A stretch of DNA of 64,000 nt from Octopus bimaculoides (taxonomy: Eukaryota), in contig NC_068984.1 in assembly GCF_001194135.2 (NCBI RefSeq), positions 114,644,384 to 114,708,383 on the forward strand, in the 5' to 3' direction. How positions within the stretch are numbered: position 1 is the first letter of the stretch; every line of letters begins with the position of its first letter. The notes below the pieces were generated by a model. It was not told the DNA's origin, ran no database searches, and worked only from the letters and a program-made list of their open reading frames with translations. Shown in pieces: positions 35,934 to 47,049 of this stretch. The position numbers were made by a program, and so were the translations under genes.

Positions 35934-37797
35934 TTTTGGTTGTGGCAGTGTGTTTTTTTTATGATTCTGTTCAAGTAAGTGGTGATATTCTTAAAGGTCT
36001 CCCCTTGTGGGTGTAACACATCTGTTCCTTGTTGAAATTGCTGTTTGTACTAATGAGTTTTTGTTGAATTGTGTTTTTTCTTCCCATTTATGAGAGAACC
36101 GACGAAAAGAAGTGTCATGGAGATTGAACCAGTGAAGAGCCACAGTTATACGGCTGCAACTGGCAGAAGAATTGAAGTAGAAGCTTTGGCGGCTGGGGAA
36201 GTTAAAATTGAGCCAAAAAAGCTGAAAGAATGCAGCAAGCTACTAGATAAGGAAGGCCACAACCTTAAACTGACGCCCCCGCTCAAGTTAACAAATGGAG
36301 TGAAGAAACGAACTGTGGTTTACAAAACACTAAAAGTATCAACAAGGAAAATTGGAATTGCATCCATAGAAGATATTGAGAAATGTTTAAAAGAGGTTAA
36401 AAAGGTGACTAAATTCATAAGAGGAAGAAGATATGGCACAGTGGAGGTGTGATTCGCAAGTGAAGACAAAGCAATAAAGCACTCTACTGATGCCATAAAG
36501 ACAGAAGAGTGGGTGCTCCTACTGACATACTGTGGCAAGCAAGTTGTCAGAGTAAGGGTGGGAAAAGTACCACCAGAGTTGAATGAAACATGGCTGCAGG
36601 GAGGATGTGAAGATCCTGAGAGTAACAAGAACGAAAAGAGTCAACTGGTGGGATATGGAATCGAGATATCAGTACAGACAACTGTAAGTGACATGAATAA
36701 GATTCCAGAAGAAATTATATTACCCGAAGATATGAGATTAAGAGTGGTGGTGGAGGGCTGGCCGCCCATATGCTTCTTATGTGGCGAGAAAAGCCCCATG
36801 AAGACGAGGTGCCCCAGAGAGAAGAGAAAGAGCAACAAATGGAACAGTCTGAGCAGGAAAGAATGAACGATGTGGTACAGGAGGATGAGAAGGAGACAAC
36901 AGGAATAGAGGAGGAATTTGAAGTGGTTAAAAAAGAAAGAGGAAGGGCTCTCCACCGGAGAAGCAGAAAAAGGAAAAAAGAGGCAGATAAGGAGATTGAG
37001 GAAGAAGTCGTAAAGAATGTTGAAAAAGAGATCAAGAAAGGGGTAGAAAAGGAGGTTGAGAAGGAGGTTATGGAGGAGGAAGAGACAGAAACAAGCATAC
37101 TTAAAGAGTTTTTAACCAATGAAGTAGAACAGCAATGAGAAGAAACAGCGACACTAACTGAAATGGAAAAAGTGGCACCAAGAGTGGAACATTGCAAACA
37201 AGCAAGAAGGCAAAGAAAACAGTTGGAATTTTGTGACATATGCTAAAAGCATAAATACAGAAAAAAATGATAATGAAACTGAAATCCATTATAAGGGTTA
37301 AGTTGCTCAAGGACATATATGGTGAAACTGTGAAAGCAATTTTAATCGACAAGGAAAAATATAGCAAGTTGAAGGAAAAAATGTAATGTTGAACGACCAG
37401 GATTCGTGGTGGAGTTCGATGAACTATCACCAGTAGTAAAACTAAGCGAAATAGAGCCATACATAAGGTATTAAAAAAAGAGAGTAAATTGTCTTTAAAA
37501 AAAATGAAAAAAATGAAAAAAAAAAGAGTAAACAAAATGGTGCTAATAGAAAAAAACACCGAAAAAGAAAAAGATTATAAACTGAAAGTAAGAACATTCA
37601 CATGGTACTGCATGTGAGTGGGCACATGCAGCCATTTCATCACCATCGATTTCATTGTACATTTTTTCCATTTTTCATTCGTTTTATGTTTTTTGTTCCC
37701 ACTGTGTTGTTCTGTCTGTCCTTGTGTTGTCTCCTCTGTGTCATGGCTTATGTGCCAAATAAAAAGAATTATAGTTGGGTTGGCAAGTAATTTTTTT
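35934..37797 (+). mobile_element. L1/Tx1-like element copy 1: disrupted ORF1 (ATG 36117; RRM-like region, CCHC-type knuckle, Glu/Lys-rich tail), no ORF2 seen
   Basis: ...KTLKVSTRKIGIASIEDIEKCLKEVKKVTKFIRGRRYGTVEV*FASEDKAI...RVRVGKVPPEL...LRVVVEGWPPICFLCGEKSPMKTRCP. The V.EG.P.C..CG..GH...CP pattern is typical of L1/Tx1 ORF1. It is followed by an acidic tract, a T-rich 3' region and AATAAA at 37758. Confidence 0.7.
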
Positions 37798-38805
37798 TTT
37801 TGGTTGTGGCAGTGTGTTTGTTATAATTGTGGTGATATTGTTATAATTGTTAAAGGTCTCCCCTCAAGGGTGTACTACGTTTTGTTCCTTGTTGAAATTT
37901 CTGTTTCTACTAACGAGTCTTTGTTGAATTGTGTTTTTTCTTCCCATTTATGGGAGAGCTGGAGAGAGGAAGTGAAGTGGAAACTGGACCAGCAAATAGC
38001 TACAGTTATGCGGCTGCAACTGGCAGAGGAACAGAAGTAGAAGCCTTGGAAGTTTGAGAAGTTAAAATTGAGCCAAGAAAGCTGAAAGAATGCGGGAAAC
38101 TGCTGGAAAAGGAAGGCCACAACCTTAAGTTGATGCCCCCAGTTGACTTAACAAATGGAGTTTAAAAAAAGACAGTGATATACAAAACACTGAAGGTATC
38201 GACAAGGAAAATCGAAATAGCTATGATAGAAGACATTGAGAAGTGTTTAAAAGAGGTCAAAAAGGTCACCATGTTTATAACAAGAGGAAGAAGATATGGC
38301 ACAGTGGAGGTGCAATTCACAAGCGAAGAAGAAGCGATAAAGTACTCCACAGATGCAATAAAGACAGAAGAGTGGGTGCTCCTACCGACATACTGTGGCA
38401 AGTGAGTTGTCTAAGTGAGGGTAGGAAGAGTGCCACCAGAGTTGACTGAAACATGGTTGGTTGCCACAGTAATGTACAGTATGGAGGAGTCTGCGAAAAT
38501 ACTGAGAGTAACAAGAACGAAAAGAGTGAACTAATGGGGATACGGAATCGAGATGACAGTACAAGCAAGTGTGAGTGATGTGAATAAAATTCCAGAAGAA
38601 ATTATCCTACCTGAAGATATGAGATTGAGAGTGGTAGCGGGGGGTAGGCTTCCCATATGCTACCTGTGTGGCAAAAAAGGCCACATGAAGGTGAGGTGCC
38701 CCTGGAAAGAGAAAGAGGGAGCAGGAGAGGGTGCATGATGTGGTCCAGGAAGATGAGAAGGAGACAACATGAAGAGAGGAGGAATTTGAAGTGGTTAAAA
38801 AAACG
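37798..38805 (+). mobile_element. L1/Tx1-like element copy 2 (head-to-tail with copy 1, 3'-truncated), with an intact CX2CX4HX4C knuckle
   Basis: Repeats the 5' leader TTTGGTTGTGGCAGTGTGTTT... and ORF1 of copy 1; LPICYLCGKKGHMKVRCP at about 38650-38703. Confidence 0.7.
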
Positions 38806-41189
38806 AAAAATTTAATCTTACATACAAGCTTATCCCTTGCAACCCTCTCTAGCTGAGCATCCCTAATCTTGTGGGCTCATAAAGTGTTGGTGCCACGTAA
38901 AAAAGCACCTGTACTAGTGTTGCATAAAATCACTCAGTACACTCTGTAAAGTGGTTGGCATTAGGAAGAGCATCCAGCCAGCCATAGAGACTATGCCAAA
39001 ACAGACATGTAGCCTGAACAGCCCTTCAGCTCCTGTCAAACTGTCCAACCCATGCCAGCATGGAAAACAGATGTTAAACGATGAGGATAATGATGTTGAC
39101 GTGCATCATCATAGCATGTCAGCAAATAGTTTTTTCACTATTTATATAGAATCATAGCCTGGCAATTTGACTTGTCCCTCGTTAGATTCAGATACATGAT
39201 GTTGATAAGCCACAGAAATGGCGAAATATGGGTATCCATCACTCCTGAATTCGATCCAAAGTTGTCTTGCCTGTCTATAACTTTTAGATGCTTTAACACA
39301 CAGCATTATGAGGGAGTTGTCCCCAAGTGCTATACCGCAGTGAATCTGACAAACAAATAAAACACACACATTGAATATGTATGATTGAATATATATATAT
39401 ATATTTTATTATATGTATTTATTTTCTCCTAGTTAATAATTAACTCGGACAAAATAAATTGGTTAATAGATACCAGGGTAGCAAAGATCACAAAATGACT
39501 GTGGTGTAACTTCTGTTTATGAGGTAGAAACTCCTTGTTATTTTGGGTACTTGAGTAAATATATAAATTTAGTAAATGGAGTAAAACGCATNNNNNNNNN
39601 NNNNNNNNNNNNNNNNNNNNNNNNNNNNNNNNNNNNNNNNNNNNNNNNNNNNNNNNNNNNNNNNNNNNNNNCTCCTGTGGATTTCCACTAGATTAATTAT
39701 TTTGTTTATTTCTCTTTACTATACTATATTACCCGTATATATATGCATACATACACATGCACACACACATACATACATATATATATACACATACACAGTA
39801 GGCTCTTTCAGTTTCTGTCTACCAAATCCACTTATGAGGCTTTGGTCAGCACAGGGCTGTAGTAGAAAACACTTGCTCATGGTGCCATGCAGTGGGACTG
39901 AACCTGGAACCATATGGTTGGGAAGCAAATTTTCTACACAGCTACACCTAAAACTTTTCCTTGATTGCTCAAAATAGGCTTGAGTTTCAATTTTATTGAT
40001 GAAGTTTAATAGGACTGGAATATATCCATAGTTGTCATCTTTCCTCGCCTGCAAGTAAAGATGAGATTTTCTCTTATGCATAAATTAATTTTTGTGAAAT
40101 TTATTCTTAATTGCTAAAAATGTTCTGATTACTGCCTGATATTTTTCTTTTTCCAACTTAGGAGTTAATTTCAATTACTTAGGAATATTTTGCATATGCT
40201 ATTCAGACATCACTCTTTAACTTATTCATCTCAAGTTATAACTGGTCCAATTGAGTTATATCCCTTCGTTAATTTAATAAAGGTGGAGTTCAAGGCAAAC
40301 CAATGTTCAACTCCAGAAGAAATTTTTTACCAAATTAATTCCAAACTTTACTTTCTTTTTAATTTACATATATAATTCCTGTCATAAACATCTGTGTGGC
40401 TATTTAGCAAAGATTGAGTCGAGGTCAAACGAACTACTAGTTACAAAGTATATTCACAAACGAAAAGAGCAAATCATGAGGAGAAAAACAGAAAGAGAAA
40501 ATAAAAATTATTTATCCTTAGAAATAAAATGCTAACAATAGTGGAAGCTGGGCAAAGATCGCTTGCTCTATTACCACCAACAACACACCATGAGAAATGT
40601 TTTGTATTTGATAGAGTATAAGAACCACAGAAAACATCCCACTCATTAGTTTGACAAGACATCAAGAAAAAGGAGGAATGCATAGGAGAGAGGGAAGGTC
40701 GGATAAAGAATAAAAAAATAATAAACAGACGAGAAGGAAAAAAAAGAAAGTAAAGTAAATCACCAGTGGATATGAACTGACCAACAAAGACAAAGTGAAA
40801 TGGTGTCAGTGATCAGGTCATACATGTACAAATGAATGACTTTTACAACTAATATATAATTACAAAATAGCGGTAAAATAAAAATGACCATAACAGTAAC
40901 AGTGTATTTTTATTAACTATAACGACACTATTACAATGTAATAATTAGGGAAAATCTCTTTAAAGAATGGTATTTTAGCTTATTACATAATGTATATTCG
41001 ATTGTTTACTATAGATTTTATGAATTTTTTTTAGATAGATGCTGATAAAAATTAAATTTTCATAAAATATTTTGAACTACAAAAACTTTTATATTTAAAT
41101 AAAATGCGTATAAAGTAAATAGAAAGAAATTAGGAAATCGGGAATGATAGTAACGAAAAAAAAAAAAAAAAAACTTGTATTAGTGTTAC

Positions 41190-41607
41190 TCATGACAGGA
41201 AATGCAGAGAATAGCTCGGGCTGTAGATCATCACGTCTGCACATACATCACGTGATTAAGTTTTAATAATGTTATTACTATTTTCTTTAAGATATTATTT
41301 GTTTTTGATTTATTTAACCTTTCTTTAATTAAAAAAAAAATCTTGAGCCTGATTGCTGTTAATTTTCAAGTATTTTAAAAAGTGTTATTTAAATTAGTTC
41401 AATATTGTGTGGGGTACGTCTTCAACATGGCCACTGGGATGCCATGTCAGATTCTATAAGCTTATGTGTCAGTGAGAGGGTGTCCCAATGTCGACCCTAT
41501 TTGGGTCCTAAAACAGGACAGTTGCTCGACGAGACCTTCAGAACTTAAGATAGTCTGAAGAAGGCTTCAAAGTAATTTGAGGCTTTCGCTATTTGTGTTC
41601 ATGGAAT
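41190..41607 (+). promoter_or_regulatory. Putative CNOT1 promoter / 5' UTR
   Basis: CpG-rich region directly upstream of the ATG; ETS-like CAGGAAAT, palindromic E-box ATCACGTGAT (41247-41256) and YY1-like CAACATGGC (41423-41431). The TSS is unknown. Confidence 0.45.
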
Positions 41608-41709
41608 ATGAATCTCGATTCGCTGTCGCTTGCTTTGGCTGAAATAAGTAATTCAGTGGCTACTTTAACAAAGAAAAATTATAAGACTATTGTGCCGCAA
41701 ATTAATCAT
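41608..41709 (+). CDS. CNOT1: CCR4-NOT transcription complex subunit 1, coding exon 1
   Basis: MNLDSLSLALAEISNSVATLTKKNYKTIVPQINH matches the CNOT1 N-terminus (MNLDSLSLALSQIS...LTKKNY); donor GTAAGT, phase 0. Confidence 0.97.
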
Positions 41710-43243
41710 GTAAGTATTTGATTTCAGTTTCTGTTGTTTGAATAATAATCTTTCAAAAATTATAGCTTACAATTTTTTCGTACCTTAGACTATTTATTTT
41801 CCTTTTATAATGTTTATTTTACCCAGTAGTCGTGCAATCCTTTCAAGGCAAACATACCTTGTTTTAATATTCTCACATTACCTCATTCGAATCTTTACTT
41901 TATTTCTTCTTCCTTTTATTTTTTCCTGTATTTATATATCTACGTCAATTTTGGACGTCGAAGTAGTTAGTTTTACTATAATGTCCAAAATATTTTTATA
42001 TTACACTCTTGTTCCAGTAACATGGCGAACGAATTCTTTTAATATGTAAGTGAATTAATAATGTGAGCACGCGTATGTTATCGAATGTGTGCATATATAC
42101 ATATATATTATATATATACATACGCATAGAACTTGGGTTATTAAAAAATAAATATATATCTTAATTTCCCTTGCGTTGTGTATCATTTATATAATACCTC
42201 TGAACTAAGTTTCATATGTTGAAGATATACGATTCTACAATATATCAAACAATTTCCAGATTTGGTGTGTACTAATTAACTTATCTAACCTTGATTGGAA
42301 GAAGTGAAATAAAAAATTTTTAAATTGTCATTTTTATTCTCCGAAAAATCTGCATTGGAATTTTCTGCTGCTCTGTACCATAACACATTTTTGCCTGCTT
42401 TTTTTTTTTTTTTATCTTTTTTTAATGAAGTTATATTTATTTCTATTTGTTTTCCTTTCCAATTATTTTCTTCCGAATTATATTAACTCTAAATAAAATG
42501 TATTTTTCTATTAAAAGTGAATCCATTAAAAAAAATAATAACTGCCCCTTGTATTTAGTTTCGAAATTTTAAGAATCAGGCTAAAGACTTAAAAAACAAA
42601 CAAAAAATTGTACTCTTCGACGATCATGAGTTCTTGAATCACCTGGTCAAAATAGGAATACCCACCCACACCTCATTTGCGTTACTCATGGGTAGGATAT
42701 TAACTTAGCAGTGCAGCAATACTTTATACACACGCACATACGCACAAACAACTCGATTGACCTGTATAAACAGTTAAGCTCTTGCTCCTTATTTCACATA
42801 TATTGAATTGATTGTGTTTGTACTAGAAGCTCCATTAAAAAACAACAACAAAAAGAAACATGGAAACACTTCGTTCAATTGAATAATTTGTTTTAAAATG
42901 AAGAATATAAAAAAAGTTAAAATTTTAATGTCGCCTTTGGTTGTCGATCAAATTAGAAATATTTTTCATGTGCTATACATGTGTATCTATATATCTATAT
43001 ATATCTGTGTTTTTCACAAAATAAAAATATTCATTAGGTTTTTCACGAAATAAACCCTCATTATGTAAATAAATTTTACACCCGAGTTAAAATCTTCGTT
43101 CCTTAACTGTGAAATTAGTCTGTCATTTCTAGGATCCAATAAAAAAAGTCTTTTTAATTTGGAATTTCAACCTGGTGTTACAGGAAACTATCCATGAGGA
43201 CAATATATATAGTTACTATTGTATCTTAATTGATGCTTAAGGT

Positions 43244-44104
43244 AGGGGTGGAGCACAGAGAGTAAGATATACTGCATTTTTGACTCTGAGGAAAAAAATT
43301 TTTTTTTCTAATGTCGACTACCTTACAAAAACTAGATAAGTAAATGACCTTCCCTAAATGCCTTAAAAATACTAATCTGAACATAATCTGAACACTATTT
43401 CAGAAAATTATCTCCATTCTCTTTGAGCATATAGAAAACAAATTAAGGTGGGGCAAAATGAGTAAGACAAGGTCAATTTACCTCTTCGGTTCAGAATTAC
43501 ATTTGAGAAAAGACCTATTACACATCAAGATCCATCCTTAGATCAGAAATGCAACAAAAATTTAAAATATGTAAGTTAAATTGAGGATCTTGGGAAAATA
43601 GCACATGATATGAAAGTAATGAAACTCGACTAAATCTAAAAACTCAGCACAAAATATTCTGTACAGCTTCTTGATCTGTTGTAGTGGTTCTCTTCATAAT
43701 ATATTTATGCAGTTAAAGAGATGAAATTATTGAAGTTAGTCATTACTCATTTTGCCCCAGTTCAGACTTTTTTTTTTTTTGAAAATTATCAAATTAGACA
43801 TTTGTGTAGGAAAATATTGACTTGGAATCCAACAGAAAGAAGGATGTTGGTTGTTAACACAAAAAATTATCTATATATTTTATTAGCAACCATAATTACA
43901 ATTGTGCCAAATTCAAGGAGAGGTTCCTTAAAAAAGGCACCTGTCACCTGACTTATTTCAAACTCTCAAGTTTTCAGGCTAATTTTTACTTCCAAAAATG
44001 ATGCAATAGTTGCAATGTAATGATTTCAAACCAGTCAGGAGAAAATGAAAAATCAGAAATTACTCATTTTACCCCAGTTACCAATCTTGTGTTCCCCCAC
44101 CACC
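43244..44104. mobile_element. Non-autonomous DNA-transposon-like repeat, copy B (CNOT1 intron 1)
   Basis: Collinear with 18271-18866 plus an internal insertion; GGGGCAAAATGAGTAA and its inverse TTACTCATTTTACCCC both present. Confidence 0.6.
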
Positions 44105-44965
44105 ACCATCTATAGAAGAAGAAACGTTTAGAGTGGGACAGCTGATGAATAGAGAAGAAATTATTTTCTGTGTAAATAGAAGATCAGTTTCTGTTAAATG
44201 CTATGAAATCCTGATCAACCCACTTCAGTTTACTTCTAGTTCTTACTTCTATCAAACTAGATTTTAATCTTTATTCATTTGCTGATACTGCATTTTGGAA
44301 TGTGTGTGTGGGTGGATGAGAGGATTATGTTGCTTCCAAATTATCTGGTGATAAAATGTAGTCAGTGGAATAAGAAGTACATTTTTGTGTTATATAACTG
44401 AGGTAGCTCCTCCTGTGCCCCTGTGATGTGTTTATTAGAAAAGGGTCTCGCAAATTACTACATTTTATAAAATTGAAGTTTCAAATTTGTTCACAATTGC
44501 GAAGAAAGAATTATATAAATTATATATAGGTAGCTTCAAGATCTATTTGTCTGCTTTCATTAATCCCTTTTTATACCAATCTACACAAGACTCTGGTTCT
44601 ATGATACAAACTTCATGCGAATTTACTTTCCAAATGAGTTATTCCAAATGAGTTATTTCCAAATGAGCTTAATAGAGTTATTTTACTAAAGTCTTCATTT
44701 CTAAAATTACTTTAAGCAAAGGCAGAAATATGGTAACAGAAGGGTTAATAAAGAAGAGTGATGCAAAAAAAAAAAAAAAAAAAAAATTGCTAGTGTTTTT
44801 GGAAAGTGAAAAATGTTATTTCATAGTTTGAAAACTTAGTGAAAGGAGTTTAACAAGGAGTTTAGATTGTCACAACTAATTTGTTCCTCATTATATTCGT
44901 TTATATATTTTTATTTTCCATATCTTTAAGGCTCCCTTTTGTCAGAAACCTATTTTTCTTTACAG

Positions 44966-45073
44966 CTAACCAGTGTACACTGTGCTGATGCAGATCGGTA
45001 CCTTTTCCGCTGCCTCTTTTCTCACGTTGATTTCAGTGGCGATGGTAAGAGTGGCGGAAAAGATTTCCATCAA
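44966..45073 (+). CDS. CNOT1: CNOT1 coding exon 2
   Basis: [36 protein letters not shown]; TACAG acceptor, GTAAGT donor; 108 nt. Confidence 0.97.
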
Positions 45074-47049
45074 GTAAGTTGGATTTTGAGTATTAGATAT
45101 TTTTTAAAGAATTCCTATTTCTAAATTCTTTAATTTTGTCTAGTGATAAGTATATTTTAAAATATAAGCATTGAAAATCAGGTTTTGTGAGTCCATCACA
45201 GATCAGCATTTCTAAGTATTCTGTTCGATCTGTACATTGGATGTTGCAGAAATAACTTTTAGTATAGTAGAGAATGAATGACTTAAAAATTTTGTGATAT
45301 CGTTTCTCATACTGCTACATATTTGGTTTTGTATGTCTAAAGACATTCAGCATTCAGAGAAAAGGAATGAGGCAATTTCATATTTTCCTGTTACTTGAAA
45401 CAAGCCCAAAACCAAATAACAGCCTGGGGATAAAATGCTCCTTGTTGATGGTAAAATGGTTGCACTTTGAGACGCTTCCTTTTCAGTAGCAATAACAGCA
45501 GCCTTGGAGTCCTTTTACATGACAGCAGTCCAGTCAGTAGCTGTTGAAGCAACTTCCTATGCAGAGCACTTTATACAAAAGAATTTGACAAGCTCTGAAA
45601 GCTACATGAAACAGCATCTTTTTGATAATGAAATGTCAGCTTTTTAAAAGTATAACGAAAAAGATAATGTTTTTATAATTACGTTTTATTTTTCAATTTG
45701 CTTGAGAACATTGTGTGAGCTACATTAACATATGAAGAATAAAGTTTTGCAATGTATGTGTCAGTGAAAGAACCTATACTTGTTTCGTAGAGAGGAACAA
45801 GCTGAATGATCTGCTGGATGTGCAGTATAAACTTGAGCCGAATTTAGCCCAAATCATTTGAAAAAAAGTTCTTAGAGATAAACCCTGCGAGTGAGGTGAT
45901 TGGTGTGGACAAGCCTAGAATAAGTGGATGCAGCTGAGTGGCAGTTTTGGGTGTTGATGGTTGAGGTAAGCCAAAAACTTGAACAAATTGGATTTCATCT
46001 AAGAACAAATACTTCATAAAGGGTTTGAAAAGGCTTGTTTTTAACCTATGTCAAGATGGAAAAGCAAAATCTAAAACTGTGTACCATATATTTTGTTTCT
46101 ATAATTTAACTGTATATTTTCTATTAGTGTTAATATTTGGAAGCTGTATCAAAATGGCATTGTTTGATTCTGTAGAACATTAATTGGTGCGGGTGTGGCT
46201 GTGTGGTTAAGAAGTTTGCTTTCCAACCACATAGTTTTAGGTTCAGTCCCACTGTATGGCACCTTCGTTCTGCTTGACCAAAGCCTTGTAAATGTATTTG
46301 AGAGATGGAAACTGAAAGACACCCATTGCATATGTATGTCTATGTTTGCATCTCCATGTTTTAATGTTGTGTGATAGTTATGAGTGTCACTGTTATTCAA
46401 GCAGTGTTACGCATTTCCAACATATCCTGTGAAAACATGCCTGGCCAGGGGGAAATATTTCCTTGCTTGTTAACAGGTGAGGGTTGATAATTGGCATCTA
46501 CTCATAGAAAATACGTCTCAGTCAAATCTGTCTGACGCATGCAAGCATGGAAAAGTGGCTGTTGCATGACTGATGATTGGATCAAATTTTGCTGGTTTAA
46601 AGTTTAATGTGCAGAATGCTCCTTATATGGAGCTTTAGCTGATACTGTGCTTTGAAGTGGTGGTGGAGCTTTCTCAATGTTTACAATATAGGATTATATT
46701 ACATTTCAAGGACATTTTTAGATGGCCATGTTATCTTAAGTGGTCTGTACATTGTTCTTCTGTCTTTAGTACTGCATTGCTTTTCCCTTGTATATATTTT
46801 ACTATAATTAGATTACACAGTACTTTACCTTAGCTGTTGTCCAATTTTTCATGAACATTGTTACTCCCGCTTTTAAATGTTAAATCAGGTGTTGAGTATT
46901 AGCTTGTCTTTTCAAAGGAAAGAGAAGTTAATAGGTAACTTTTGTATATTTTGATGTTTGAAATAATTAAATATTTAAAGTGCATAGGGACACTGTTGAG
47001 CAATGGGTGAGCTGTGAGCAGCAAGTATGGTAATAGTTTCTATTTGTTT

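Noticed and set aside
39150-39240. GTATCCAT as a possible U12-type donor on the plus strand
   Set aside because: It deviates from RTATCCTT and there is no supporting gene model.
42600-42760. Possible H/ACA snoRNA in CNOT1 intron 1 (vertebrate CNOT1 hosts snoRNAs)
   Set aside because: One hairpin plus an ANANNA match, but no second hairpin at the right distance from an ACA box. No C/D or H/ACA candidate was convincing in any intron; a snoRNA scan would be needed.
44136-44172. CUGAUGA...GAAA with ACAG/CUGU flanks
   Set aside because: Stems II and III cannot form.
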